DNA of 64,000 nt from Octopus vulgaris (GCA_951406725.2 OX597828.1:38192001-38256000); one strand, 5' to 3'. Shown: positions 40,178 through 55,212, counted from the stretch's first letter. Notes: generated by a model not told the origin, from the letters alone. Numbers and translations: made by a program.

Positions 40178-40255
40178 TGTCTCTGACGACGGAATTCCCA
40201 ATGTACTGGAGTGTTGACCCATTACCTGACATATCCCAGAAACAGCTGTAAGGCA
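40178..40255 (+). ncRNA. Type I hammerhead ribozyme-like motif
   Basis: tgtct CTGACGA cgga...tccca GAAA c agct GTA aggca: stem I tgtct/aggca, palindromic stem III acagctgt, weakened stem II. Confidence 0.65.
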
Positions 40256-40614
40256 TTAATTACTTCTACTTCTCCTTTTTGATTCACCTTACTCTAATTA
40301 AATATTCTAAATGACCTGAGATGCTCGTCCTGTCTTGGTCTTGTTTTTCCTTTTCCTTTTATATATACCTGCTGAGTCGGAAGTCTACTACTGGTCGCTA
40401 GCTCCAGCTTCAACTGTAAACTATAAACCTAACGGATAACCAATTATAGTACTTACGCCGCGTATCTATTGGCTTAGATCTTCAGTGAGCTAAACCCCTC
40501 ATATTTTTTGTATGTATGTGTGTGTGTATGTGTGTGTGTGTGTGTGTATTGTGTATGTGCGTGTATTGTGTGTGTATGTAGTTTATAGATGAGAAGCAGA
40601 TATTCTCCGTATAG

Positions 40615-41401
40615 GATGGTGGCGAGCTGGCAGAAACGTTAGCACGCTGGGCGAAATGCTTAGCTGTATTTCGTCTGCCGCTACGTTCTGAGTTCAAATT
40701 CCGCCGAGGTCCACTTTACCTTTCATCGTTTCGGGGTCGATAAATTAAGTACCAGTTACACACTGGGGTCGATATAATCGACTTAATCTCTTTGTCTGTC
40801 CTTGTTTGTTCCCTCTGTGTTTAGCCCCTTGTGGGTAGTAAAGAAATAGGTATTTCATCTGCCGCTACGTTCTGAGTTCAAATTCCGCCGAGGTCCACTT
40901 TGCCTTTCATCGTTTCGGGATCGATAAATTAAGTACCAGTTACACACTGGGGTCGATATAATCGACTTAATCTCTTTGTCTGTCCTTGTTTGTCCCCTCT
41001 GTGTTTAGCCCCTTGTGGGTAGTAAAGAAATAGGTATTTCATCTGCCGCTACGTTCTAAGTTCAAATTCCGCCGAGGTCCACTTTGCCTTTCATCGTTTC
41101 GGGGTCGATAAATTAAGTACCAGTTACACACTGGGGTCGATATAATCGACTTAATCTCTTTGTCTGTCCTTGTTTGTCCCCTCTGTGTTTAGCCCCTTGT
41201 GGGTAGTAAAGAAATAGGTATTTCATCTGCCGCTACGTTCTGAGTTCAAATTCCGCCGAGGTCCACTTTGCCTTTCATCGTTTCGGGGTCGATAAATTAA
41301 GTACCAGTTACACACTGGGGTCGATATAATCGACTTAATCTCTTTGTCTGTCCTTGTTTGTCCCCTCTGTGTTTAGCCCCCTTGTGGGCAATAAAGAAAT
41401 A
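40615..41401 (+). mobile_element. SINE family B tetramer (head plus 4 x 184 bp) inside one 17-bp target-site duplication
   Basis: Units start at 40666, 40850, 41034 and 41218; agatattctccgtatag at 40598-40614 and 41402-41418. Confidence 0.92.
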
Positions 41402-41429
41402 AGATATTCTCCGTATAGAATGCGGTTCG

Positions 41430-41730
41430 TAGTGCTCAAGAGATTTAAACTTCAACAAGTAGAGGAGTAAATGTAAGGATAAGCAACTGTAAGGATACAA
41501 GAGATATTAAATACATTTAATACAAAAAAATATACATATGTTTACATTTTAAAGTTCCGACTTACACAGAATAGAAATCATATCAGGAATTTAAAGGGGT
41601 TGAATAAGAGTTTTACGAGTTCAACAGCTGTTTCTGAAAGCTTGGTGGTCCAAAATAATGATCGTAAATTGATTCCATCATCGTATAATACCAACCTCCG
41701 TCTTCAGGGAAAAATTTTTCATTTGAGAGG
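41430..41730 (-). mobile_element. Penelope-like pseudo-LTR fragment with hammerhead-like motif (41612-41712)
   Basis: Minus strand: ttcc CTGAAGA cggagg...ctttca GAAA cagctGTT gaac; homologous to 21283-21530 and 20570-20740. Confidence 0.6.
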
Positions 41731-41763
41731 GTTGACAATATATGTATGTTTGTATGTATATGC

Positions 41764-41818
<55 letters not shown>

Positions 41819-41825
41819 AGAATAG

Positions 41826-41890
<65 letters not shown>

Positions 41891-42234
41891 TATACACATA
41901 TATACAATTACGTATAGATATAGACATACTCACACACACAAACACTCACACATACAAACACACACATACACACATATATATACATATATCAACACTACCA
42001 CCCAAACTCCCACTGCTATCAGCACCACCACCACCACCACCACCACCACAGCCACTAACAACAACAGCATAAACAGGGCGACCGAATATAAAAAAGTTTA
42101 ATGCTGCCCTGTTCTTCACATTATACTTTAATTATATACAGGTCAGACGATATATGTTAGGTGGATAATGGCGATTTTCGTCCGTCTGTATTGTTGTTAC
42201 GGCTGTTTCTGTTGATAACGATGAAGGTGAGAAA

Positions 42235-42545
<311 letters not shown>

Positions 42546-42557
42546 ATTGAAATATTC

Positions 42558-42599
<42 letters not shown>

Positions 42600-42651
42600 A
42601 TATGCAGAGAGCTGGATAGATGATAGAGAGAGGGAGAGAGGCAGACTGACT

Positions 42652-42784
<133 letters not shown>

Positions 42785-43076
42785 TCTGTTAAAGAAAGAA
42801 TAGATAAATAAATAGATAAATGAATGAGGCGAAACTGGAGAGGGCCGAAAAAAGAAAGAAAGGAAGAAGTATGAGACAAAACTGAAAGGCGGGACAGGAA
42901 AAAATTTCGCTCCAAGCATCAGTTAGGTCACGTGTCTCGAGTGTAATGCAGAAAAATGGGTTACGAAAAGGTGAAAAAACTTTGGAGGCTGATTACTCAT
43001 ATGTATATATTCACGTGTAATGTTTGCATGTCTGTGTGTTGCATGTATGGCTATTTAGGTATTTAGCATAAATGCG

Positions 43077-43115
<39 letters not shown>

Positions 43116-43117
43116 AC

Positions 43118-43199
<82 letters not shown>

Positions 43200-43339
43200 G
43201 TGTCGTTTTGTGATATACGTCTATGTATGTATTTATGCATACATGTATGTACGTATGAGTATTTATGTATATATATGTATATATATATAACATGTATATA
43301 ATATATCTATCACATATACATATATGTAAGTATAAATGT

Positions 43340-43373
<34 letters not shown>

Positions 43374-43544
43374 CATGCATGTATGCATGTATATACACAC
43401 AGGCACACATTCATATATGATATATATATATATATATACATATAATATATGCAGTTTATATATATATATATGTATATATATATATTTATTAATAAATATA
43501 TATATATATGTGTATGTATGTATGTATGTATGTATGTATGTATG

Positions 43545-43577
<33 letters not shown>

Positions 43578-43579
43578 TT

Positions 43580-44015
43580 AAAATAATAAGGGTGAAAAAT
43601 TGAATATTAATTTGATTAATATCAATTTAAGACCAGTGGTCTAGCATATTGAAAAATCTGAAGATTCAGAAAAATTATATTACATACATATAAGGGGGGA
43701 TGACAACTAAGTGGACATCCATTATGCTAGAAGTAGTCCCCCTTAGGTCTGACCACTAAGAAAGGATTGTTCTCAAAAAACATTTAGCAAACGCCAGAAC
43801 GTAAGCGAGCAAGACAAATGAAAAGATACAAAATATAAAGATTAATCACAAACCCGGTTTCGTTCTTACCACTTACGTTATTACTTACGTAAATGTCCGC
43901 AATTCATTGGCGTTTGCTAAATTTTCTTGAGAACAATCCTTTCTTAGTGGTAAGACCATAGGGGGTTTACATCCAGCAAAATGGATGTCCACTTAGTGGT
44001 AATCCCTTTTATATG
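43580..44015. mobile_element. Inverted-repeat element bounded by (TA)n-type tracts (PLE-like or MITE-like); related copy at 48945-49145
   Basis: ~110-bp arms 43686-43795 / 43909-44015 (actaagtggacatccatt...ttagcaaacgcca and its reverse complement). Confidence 0.65.
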
Positions 44016-44040
44016 TATATATATGTATATATATATACAT

Positions 44041-44637
44041 AGGCGCAGGAGTGGCTGTGTGGTACGTAGCTCGCTTACCAACCATATGTCTTCTACTATA
44101 GCTTCGGGCCGACCAAACCCTTGTGATTTGATTTGGTAGACGGAAACTGAAAGAAGCCCATCTGATATATGTATATATATGATATGTATGTGTGTGTATG
44201 TTTGTGTGTCTGTGTTTGTCCGCCCCCCTCCAACATCGCTTGACAACCGATGGTGGTGTGTTTGCGTTCCCGTAATCTAGCAGTTCGGCAAAGGGACCGA
44301 TAGGCTAGGCTCACAAAGAATAAGTCCTGGGATCGATTTGCTCGACTAAAGGCGGTACTCCAGCATGGCCGTAATCAAATGATTGAAACAAGTAAAACAG
44401 TAAAAGAGCATATATATATATTATTCTCTAATTCTTTTACTTGTTTCAGTCATTTTCACTGGGGCCATGCTGGAGCACAGCCTTATATTGTTTGTCGAAG
44501 AAGTCGACTCACAAAGCTTTGGTCGGTCCCGACGATAGAGTAGAAGACACTTGACGAAGATGGCACGCAGTGGGACTGAACCCAAAGCCATGAAGTTGAG
44601 AAGCAAGCTTCTTATCACACAGCCAGGCCTGCGCCTA
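44041..44637. mobile_element. Tail-to-tail pair of SINE A copies (+ 44041-44410, - 44425-44637)
   Basis: Family motifs on opposite strands. Confidence 0.85.
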
Positions 44638-44781
44638 TATATACATATATAATATATATGTATGTAATTGTATATAATATAAATATAACGTATACATACG
44701 AATATCTATATATGTACACGCGCAAACGACACACTCTATTAAGCAAAAAGCAAGAGAGCACTCAATATATATAATAAGGGG

Positions 44782-44836
44782 TATACTCTTTATGTAATCT
44801 AAATTTGAGTTTCACGTTATGCCGATCATCAGGTGA
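44782..44836 (-). ncRNA. Hammerhead-like core with U.U-closed short stem II
   Basis: Minus strand: CTGATGA t cg gcataa cg t GAAA ctc...gaGTA; stem I partner not evident. Confidence 0.4.
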
Positions 44837-46261
44837 GCATGTTTTACGGAAGCAAGGTTGAATGCCTCAGATATCTCAAGCGAGTAACTAAACACATAGA
44901 CATATGTGTTTGTGAGTGTGTGTGTGTGTGTGTATTTATTCATTTTTATATAGGTATGTAGATCTATATATGTGTATGTTCATATATGTGTGTATATGTG
45001 TGTAAATAGATAGATAGATAATGTATATATATATATATATCATGCTTACGACAGTTTTAAGAGTACGCACCTCTGTGTCCTTGAGGGGAGCAGCTCATTG
45101 TAATCTCAAGAGAATGTTGAATTTCCTTGATGTCCTATATCCGTTCTGTCTTGCTTTTTTTATATGTTGGATTTGTTTTGCGATAATAAGGATAGTTTCA
45201 GCTTTTTGCTTGTTTGTTTCGTAGAACAGGACTCCCATGTAAGGAATGTTTTTACCTCGTGTTGAGCCGTATTGTCAGGGTCATTAGAACTTTGGAAAGA
45301 AAGTCTCGCAGCGTTTGTTCCTGCTCTATACATGTATAGTTCAAAGCCCGCCAAAGTCAACGTTGCTTTTTACTATTTCGGGGTCAAATAAAAATTTATC
45401 CATCCAGGTTAATGGATTCATAAAACTGTAAGAAGATCGCGTGAGATGTCTTGTGGCAATTGTTCCATCCAGCTCTCTATTTTCTGACATCAACGTCTGT
45501 GACAACATTGGTGTCAGGCTTTATCAGTTCAAGTCGGTTGTCTTTCTTTTGGATGAACAACGGTTTTAGAGAGACGGGAGAACCATGTACATGAAGAACT
45601 ACTAGACTTCCTCATAAACTCTTGCCCCGACTAGGCTTGCATAGACATTTGTAGACGTATAATCAACTTTGACTAACGGAAGGATTTTGTTGTTGTTGCT
45701 GCTGTTGTTATCATTCTTTTTGTTGCTATTTAGCGGATGGCTATTGTGGTTGAAGTGAAAATATCTTGCATAGGACGTGGGAGGTTGCCTGACAAGGCTA
45801 TATTGTGGTCTATATGTAATGTTATGAACCCCAATGTGCATTGTACATCAGTTTTCATACCACGGAAGTGATACGAGCAAGACAAAATTAAACATGGTAA
45901 ACAACAGTATACAGAAGGTATGGAATGACGTCCTAAAAGCGGGACGGATTCAAGGCAAACCTAATTACCTGAAGACAATTATTCTCACGGATATTTGTCT
46001 CCAGAATATAAACTGAGAGAAAGCCCGTACATTCAGTCAGGCTGTTCTTTCTCACAGCCACCAAACTTTAACCAAATTTACTAGAAGGTAATACGGCCTT
46101 CTCCACCTAAACTTCCACCCCAAGTGGAGATTAAAAGTGGTAAATGAAGAATTTGGCTGAAGTGGAAGGTGTCTGTCTCCCTGCATTTCAATGATATCCA
46201 CTATGCAATCTCTAGTGTAGTCTACCTGGCTATTTGCATCTTTACTGTACAGTCTAACGTG

Positions 46262-46565
46262 AAGTCGCGTGGCTCAGTGGTTAGGGTATACGGCTCACGA
46301 TCGTAAGGTCGTGAGTTCAATTCCCGGCGGCGCGTTGTGTCCTTGAACAAGACACTTTATTTCACGTTGCTCCAGATTACTGAGCTGGCAAAAATGACTA
46401 GTACCTGTATTTCAAAAAGCCAGCCTCATCACATTCAATGTCACGTTGACTCTACCTGCTAACCACCTTAAGGGTAAAAGTGCTGTGGGGTACTCAGCCA
46501 CGAGCAGGCTGTTCCGTTGATCGGATTAATGGAATATTCACCGTTGTAGCCGACAGAGTACCAGT
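46262..46565 (+). mobile_element. SINE family C head with family D-type tail
   Basis: gcgtggctcagtggttaggg...gtgtccttgaacaagacac...tacctgtatttcaaa..ccagcc...ccgacagagtacc. Confidence 0.85.
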
Positions 46566-46769
46566 GGTATAGTCTGACCCTGGCCCTAACCTCATTGCTA
46601 TCCCAGATCTAATCATTTCACTATGAATACAGCGGTAAACGGCACACTAAAGTAGCACTCAAACTCATTTACCATAGATAAAGGTTAACTGTTGTGCATG
46701 CCACCACCCCCGCCTTTCTGCGTAAAGGAAGGTGACGAGTCGGGGTGGCTGTCGGAGAAATAATGTTGT

Positions 46770-47570
46770 CTACTATAGGCACGAGGCCTGAACGTTGGAT
46801 TGAGGGCTTGTCGATAAAACTGTATTGGTACTTATTGTATCGAACCCGAAAGGACGAAAGGCAATGTCGGCCCTTGATGGCATCTTAATTCAGAACGTAA
46901 AAAGCAAAGAAATGACGCTAAGCATTTTTTTTGACTCTTTCGAAATGTTTCAAATTTTAGCACAAGGCCAGCAATTTGGGGGAATAACGTAAGTCGATTA
47001 CATTGCCCCCCCCCCAGTGCTCAATTGGTACTTATTTTATCGAAAGGCAGAGTCGACTCGAGAGACCTTGAACTCAGAACATAAAGTCGGACGAAATTCT
47101 GCTAAGTTTTTCGTCCGGAGCCCTATCGCCGGAGCCCTATCGATTCTGCCAACTCGCTGTCTTTTTAAGCAATGGTTTCAAATTTTAGCACAACGCCAAC
47201 AATTTCGGAAGAGGTGGCAGAGACGATTACATCGACCCCCAGTACTCGACTGGTACTTATTTTATCGACTCTGAAAGGATGAAAGGGAAAGTCGATGTCG
47301 GTGGAATTTGAACACAGAACGTAAAGACGGACGAAATGTCGCTAAGCATTTCGTCCGGCATGCTAACGATTCTACTAATTCGCAGCCTTAGTGTCTTGGA
47401 ATATTTAGGACAGATGTCAGTTCAGTCGATTATATCACCCTCAATACATAACAGCTATTATATTTTAATGACGCAGGAAGGATGACAGCTAAGGTCGGCT
47501 TCGGCGGGATTTGAACTCGGAGCATAAAAGGCCGTAACTAAATACCGACTCTCTAACGATTCTGCCAATC
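46770..47570 (-). mobile_element. Cluster of about four degraded SINE B copies in tandem
   Basis: Repeated tggtacttatt..atcga and tgaactcagaac blocks. Confidence 0.75.
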
Positions 47571-48103
47571 ATAATACTAAGAAATTAACGTTAATTATAA
47601 TAATTCGTGTAACAATTTAATGAACACAATAAAACAAATTCTGTTGTATTCATTTTGAGCAAAGTGCATTCAGAGCAATTTTTCAATTGGGAAGGTAACA
47701 AGGTAAGCATAATTTTATTTTGTTTTAATTTATTTTACCCTATTTTATTTTAATTTAATTTAATATTTCAAACAAGAGAATAAAAGTTTGGAGCAAATGT
47801 AGCTGCTGCTTCGCTACTTATTAAGTAAAATAAATGTTTTCGACGATTATAGTCTTACATTTACTAACAGACAGGTTAGTAGAAGAAGGCAGACGTTATA
47901 TTTAAATGTGATGATGATGATGGTGATGGTGATGGTGATGGTAATAGTGATGATGGAGGTGGTGGCAGTGCTGAGGAGTGTGTGTGTGTGTGTGTGTATT
48001 TAGTTATTGCATGCGCTTAATCATGTGCGTTTTACATCCGGTTCGCGAATTTGAATATGTCTACGTGTAAGTAAATGTGTGAGTAAATGCATGACTCTGT
48101 ATG

Positions 48104-48175
<72 letters not shown>

Positions 48176-48263
48176 CGTGCATGCGTGTGCGTGTGTGTGT
48201 GCGTGCATGTATGTATATATATATATATATATATATAAACACATTATGTATATATGTATCTAT

Positions 48264-48325
<62 letters not shown>

Positions 48326-48878
48326 AAATGAATATAGATATACATGTGTGTGAATGTAAGTATGTATGTATACTGCGCCGAAATGTTAAGAAATTAGCTT
48401 GGAGTTACAAGAACTGAGGTTCGACCCCACTTCATGGCACCTTGAACAAGGGTCACTTTCTATAGCCTCGGATCGGCCTTTGCCTTATTGAGAGAAGTTG
48501 AAGATGAGGAAACTACGCGGAAGCCCGTCGAATGGATTGTACCATACATTTCAACCAATGGAGCCTTGTTATTACGTTACGCTGATTCTACTCGAGAATA
48601 ACATTAAAGGTATACATGTCTGTGGAATACTCAACCACTTAATGCTAGTTCAGTTTGTTTCGTTCTTGGACAACCGAAAACGCTTGGACGGAAATCCTGA
48701 CAGAACTCCATTTGACCATCGATATACATGCATGTATGTATATATATATGTGTGTATGTACGTGTATGCATGTGTGTGTGTGTGTGTGTGTGTAGGCATG
48801 CATGTATGTTTATGTGAGTATATACATACAAATACACGTATATATACCTGCACACACACAAACGTACACGTACATATA

Positions 48879-48945
<67 letters not shown>

Positions 48946-49174
48946 GAGGGATAACCACTAGGTGGACATCCAATATGCTAGAGGTAGACCCTATATGGTC
49001 TGACCACAAAGAAAAGATTGTTCCCAAGAAAATTCAGCAAACACCAAAACGTAAGCGAACAAGACAAAAGATACAAAATATAATGATTAGTCATATACCA
49101 GTTTTCATTGATAATCAAATTAATATTCAATTTTTTACTACTTATATATATGTATATATATATTTACACATATC

Positions 49175-49386
49175 TTTTTACTTGTTTCAGTCATTTGACT
49201 GCGGCCATGCTGGAGCACCGCCTTTAGTCGAGCAAATCGATTCACAGAGCTTATTCTTTGCAAGCTTAGTACTTATTCCATCGTTTCTTTTTTTGTTGAA
49301 CCGCTAAGTTACGGGGGACGTAAACACAGCAGCATCGGTTACCAAGCGATGTTGGTGGGGACAGAGACACAAACATACACACACAA

Positions 49387-49432
<46 letters not shown>

Positions 49433-49563
49433 GTCTACTAAATCCACTCACAAGGCTTGGTGGCCCGGAGCTATACTAGAAGACACTTGCCCAAGGTGCC
49501 ACGCAGTGGGACTGAACCCATGACCATGTGGTTGGTAAGCAAGCTACTTACCACAGCCACTCC
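49175..49563 (-). mobile_element. SINE family A
   Basis: Family motifs. Confidence 0.85.
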
Positions 49564-49570
49564 GAAATAT

Positions 49571-49644
<74 letters not shown>

Positions 49645-51041
49645 CGTTTGTATATATCTGCATACTTGTACAGACACACACGCACTCATAAATATTTGTA
49701 GATATATGTAATATATGTATAATTATACATACATACACACATACATACATACATACATACATACACACATACATACATACATACATACATACGTACATAC
49801 ATGCATACATACATACATACAAATATACGTACGTACATAATAGATACATGCAAACATACACACATGCATGCATACGTACATACACACGCACACACATTTA
49901 CTGATATGTAACAATTGTATAACATCGTAAATACAATTTAATTGAAGCCATCATTACATTAATTGGGATGGAACCCAACACGCCTGTCAGAGTAGATCGA
50001 TATGTAGATACTGCAACCAAATTGGCGGTCTTCTGATGAGTGTTATTCTTGGCTGAACATTGATATAATAAATATGTATGTGTAAATATGTGCGTGCATG
50101 CGTGTGTCCTTAAATTATGTATATGTATGGATGAGACAGAGAAAGGAATCGGACAGAGGGAGAGGGATGGATATGAGATTTGCTCGGAGATAAAAGAGAA
50201 CTTAATACATGAAGTAGAAAGCAGACATACTTCAACATACATCGGTTCGAGACACGTCTTTTTCGACTTTACGTCGTGGATTTGGGCGGCGGGGGTTCGT
50301 TTTTTTGTTGCATTTTTTAAAAAGAAATTAATGGATAAATCAACCGCAATTTCAGTCAATTTATCCGATCTTACGACGCTTTCAGCGAACATATTAAAAT
50401 GCATAAATTGTTTTTAAAAAAACTCTTAAAAACCAATAAACCTATCCTGAAATGGTAAATTAAATAAAATACATATGAAAATATGAACAAAACGTTTATT
50501 AAAACAGATGTAAACTAATAAATTTTCTTAAATGCATATACATATTACATAATTTTTCAAGTTAAGTCGCATGCATTGAAATTAATGACCGACCTGAGTT
50601 GACCTATGCTTTTATATATCTTTTATTTTGGCGAACAAATCGTATACCGGATACGTCTTTAATTGAAATTATCTGATTTTCTGTGGTCTACCTATGATCA
50701 AAGTTCTCTTGGTAGTGATGGTCGCTAAAGTGAAGCAGTAGTATTATATTTTGAAAATGGTTGTGTTATTTCGTCTATTCGTATTATTATTACGTAAAGG
50801 TATGTTTTTGAGTGTAAGAGAGACAGAGAGGTAAATTATGCATTGTAGTTTATATATATATATGGATATACATACATATATACATACATACTTGCATACA
50901 TAGCATACATATATACATACATTTTGATTTTAATCAACTTTCTTTGAAATTATATGGATAATACCGCACTAAATTCTGATGCCTCAACTTAAGTACCATA
51001 TTCATCTGAATCTAAATTTTTGCTGAACTCATCTACCATAC

Positions 51042-51118
<77 letters not shown>

Positions 51119-51138
51119 ACATATACATATATATATAT

Positions 51139-51174
<36 letters not shown>

Positions 51175-51286
51175 CATATATATATATATACATATATATA
51201 TATACATATATATATATACACACACACACATATATATATACATATATATATATATACATATATATATACATATATATATATATATA

Positions 51287-51499
51287 CAGTAATCCTTCGA
51301 CTATCGCGGATGTTACATTCCAAAACACTCCCCGTACGATAGGTGAAAATCCGTGAAGTAGAAACAGTAATGCACTGTATATTTTTTTCTTTTATTTTTA
51401 TAATTTGTATATATTTATTTTATTACTAATGCAAACCAACACCTCGGAGGAATTGATGGACCCGCGATAGGTGAACTGCGATATGGTGAGGGATTATTG
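51287..51499. mobile_element. pogo/Tigger-like MITE with TA target duplication
   Basis: TA|cagtaatccttcgactatcgcgg ... ctgcgatatggtgagggattattg|TA terminal inverted repeats. Confidence 0.8.
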
Positions 51500-51577
51500 T
51501 ATATATGTGTGCGTGTGCGTGTGTGTGTGTGTATAAATATATATGTGTGTGTACGTTTTTTTTGTGCGTGTGTGTGT

Positions 51578-51780
51578 AAGGCGAGTAGGCACAATCGCTA
51601 GCGCGTCGAACAATATGTTTAGCAGTATTTCTTCTGGCAGTTTACGTTCTTAGTTCAAATCTCGCCGAGTTTTAAATTTGCCTTTCATTCCCTCGGAGTC
51701 CATAAAATAAAATACCAGTCGAGTTAGTGTAGTTGATATAGACGACTTGTTTTCTCCCTTCAAAATTTACTGGCCTTAAA
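51578..51780 (+). mobile_element. Degraded SINE family B
   Basis: aaggcgagtaggcacaatcgctagc...agttcaaatctcgccgag... Confidence 0.7.
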
Positions 51781-51876
51781 CTGACTTTAAAACTGGACTT
51801 GAAACTTGTACCTTTATGGCACGGAAACTTGGTAACAAGCCTGAGGGTTCCTAGGGATCAAAGTCATTACAGATAA

Positions 51877-52225
51877 GTTTCTTTATTGGCCACACAGGGC
51901 TGCACACAGATGGGACAAGTTACAAGGTAGAGCTTTTCTTTTGGGGGATGAAAAAAAAAAAAAAGGGTGGCGTAGGTTTTCGATCAAAAGGGATCGTAAA
52001 AGGGAAAAAAGAACAAAAAAAAAGGAAAAGAAAAAAAGAAAAAAAGGAAAAGGAACAAAGGAAGAGAAAAATGAAAAAAGAAGAAAAAAGAGGAAAAAAT
52101 GGGAAGAGGAAAAGAAAACGATCAATAGGGATCGTGTATCACAGTGTCATGATGTATGGTGTAAAGGGGAAAGCAAGTAAGGTTTATCCGTGGGAAGAAA
52201 AGCCTACGAAAAAGACCACGGTAAC

Positions 52226-52228
<3 letters not shown>
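51877..52228 (-). mobile_element. Probable LINE 3' UTR fragment whose 3' end matches the SINE B tail
   Basis: Minus strand ends ccttgtaacttgtcccatctgtgtgcagccctgtgtggccaataaagaaa, compared with the SINE B tail ccttgtttgtcccctctgtgtttagccccttgtgggcaataaagaaa. Confidence 0.55.
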
Positions 52229-52316
<88 letters not shown>

Positions 52317-52774
52317 CATTCTTCGTTTAATTATCCTTTGTATTATTTCGTTTTCTTTGCTTGAATATTGTTTTCTCATCACACTGAAAGCTTCACTTAT
52401 TTTCCCACCCTCTGTCAAGCAATCTATCTATCTGTCTGTCTATCGATCGATTTAGCGATCGATCTATCTTCTTACCTTTTGGTCACCTTTTTATTTGTGC
52501 CTGTTTACTTATCTACGTAAGGCTGTCTGTTTGGTCTGTCTGTCTGTCTGTCTGTATGTATGTATGTATGTATGTATGTATGCGTGTATATATGCATATA
52601 TGTATGCTCTTACATATGTAGGTGGGTATGTGCACATACTTGTCTATATGTATGTGCGTTTTCAATCATTCTTTCTCACTCTCTCTCTCTCTCTCTTTCC
52701 TAGCATCGTTACCCATTTCTCTTGTGGTAGTCCAATACACTCATACACATATGTGTATCTATACGTGTGTGTGT

Positions 52775-52872
<98 letters not shown>

Positions 52873-52900
52873 CAAGATATTTTATTCCACACGAGTAGAA

Positions 52901-52983
<83 letters not shown>

Positions 52984-52987
52984 CATC

Positions 52988-53047
<60 letters not shown>

Positions 53048-53550
53048 TGTATTCTTTTATTTTTATTTTTGTTCCAGCGGTTTCAGTCATTAGACTGTGG
53101 ACATGCTGGAGCACGGCCTCGACGAGATTTTAGTTGAATGTATCGACCCCAGAACTTGCTGATGTAAACACATCAGCATCAATGTTGTCTGGACCGATAC
53201 ACCGTGTACCATACTTCAGGTACCGAAGTGATCGCAGAGCAACGTGTAATGAAGTGGTTTGCTCAAGAACACAACGCACCACCCGATCTAGGAATTATAT
53301 ATGTATATGTATGTATACACTATTATTGAACAATTCTGTGGAAATAATTATAGCGAAGTGCTCGATACATATTGTAGAGTATATCATTTTTTGAAATTGA
53401 ATGTTTATTTAGCAACTTGAGTTTCATGCAGCTGCGATCCTCTGGGGAAAACTTTTGGTTTCTCGCCTCGAGATTGCTGAGGGCGTGAAACTCGAATTGC
53501 ATGATATATACACTGATTAATAAGATACATTAATGTTTGTTTTTATATCT

Positions 53551-53589
<39 letters not shown>

Positions 53590-53910
53590 CCTTTTATATC
53601 TCTCTCTGTTCCCAATACATTCTCAAACGGCACGACCAAATCAAATCAAATTTTACATGGCAATACTAAGAGACACTAGGAGTGTCAAAATATAATTTCA
53701 TGTTTATATTAAAACGATGCAACATTGGTGCTGGGTCCGTATTACGTCTCAAAGCTCGAAGAATAAAAGTGAAACCTTCGACGGAGTTAGTTATAAATAG
53801 TTTCAATGTTATGTTGTTTCACTCTTCATAGTTTCACAATGTAAATATATACATGCGTACATATGTATATGTGTGTGTGTATGTATATCTTTGCATATAT
53901 GTATATATTA

Positions 53911-53953
<43 letters not shown>

Positions 53954-55212
53954 TATATATATATATGTATATACAAATATATATATATATATGTGTGTAT
54001 ATAAATGTATACATATTTATGTATATATATGTATATATATGTATATATATGTACATATATGTACATATGTCAATGTGTGTGTAGTGGTTTTAGTTATGGT
54101 GGTGTTGGTGGTTGCGTAGTAGTGACGATGATGATGATGGTGGTGGTGGTTGTGGTGGTGGTTGTGGTAGTGGTGGTAGTGGTGGTGGTGGTGGTGGTGG
54201 TGGTGGTGGTGGTGGTGGTGATGCTGCTGCTAGTGGTTGTAGTGGTGGTAATTGTGGTAGTAGCAGTGGTAGTAATAAATGTACAGGTCATCAGTCACTG
54301 TTAAACACTTTTAATTACTCTAATTAACGTGTGTAACTATATAACTCATCTGTAATTTACACTTCATTTTCACTTGTCTCCTTCATTCATTCGACAGTTC
54401 TGCACAACACCCATCAGGTCATGTTGTCGTTGATGTTGTAATTGTCGTTGTTCTCCTCCTCCTCCTCTGCCACCACCTCCTCTTCTTCTTCTTCTTCTTC
54501 TTCTTCTTCTTCTTCTTCTTCTTCTTCTTCTTCTTCCCTTCTCTTCAGACCACAATTCAAACCTGATTGAGCATTCCAACCGTGACAACACCGCCAGTGT
54601 TTTTACATCAGCGGCAAACTGGCAATCGTATGAGTCTCCAACAAATTTCGTTCGTTAACCGGAATTCGCTTTCATTGTCCTATACATTCTGAGTTCAAAT
54701 CCCGTAGAGGTCAGCTTTGACTTTTATTCTTCAGGGTTTGAGAAAATGTAGAGACCAATTCATGGCTGTGGATGAAAGAGGATTTAGTAGTCTTCAGAAA
54801 AAGCTTTGATGAATATATTTCAACGCTTTCCATTCTGAGTTCAAATTCTAAGGAGTTCAAAGTATGAGTTCATATGGTTCTGGGTTCAGTCGCATTTCAT
54901 GGCGCCTTTGGCAAGTATCTTCTACTATAGCTTCGGGCCTGCCAAAGCTTTGTGAGTGAATTTGGTAGGCGGAAACTGAGAAAAGCCCGTCGGATGTATA
55001 CATGTTTGTATGAATGTATGTATGCATGTGTGGATGGATGGATGGATGGATGGATGGATGGATGGATGGATGCACCTATGTATGTATGTATGCATGTATG
55101 CATGTAGGTATGTATAGCTAGATAGATAAATAGATAGATAGATAGATAGATAGATAGGCAAACAAACATACAGACAGACAGGCACACAGACAGCCAACAG
55201 ATATATATATAT

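Noticed and set aside
45050-46100. Possible Helitron or other transposase-derived coding remnant
   Set aside because: Complex sequence, but no diagnostic motif could be read in any frame.
49935-50062. Possible R1/LOA-type LINE C-terminal remnant (VSTYRSTLTGVLGSIPINVM) and a CTGATGAG at ~50033
   Set aside because: Too short and degenerate to support; no GAAA follows the core-like heptamer.
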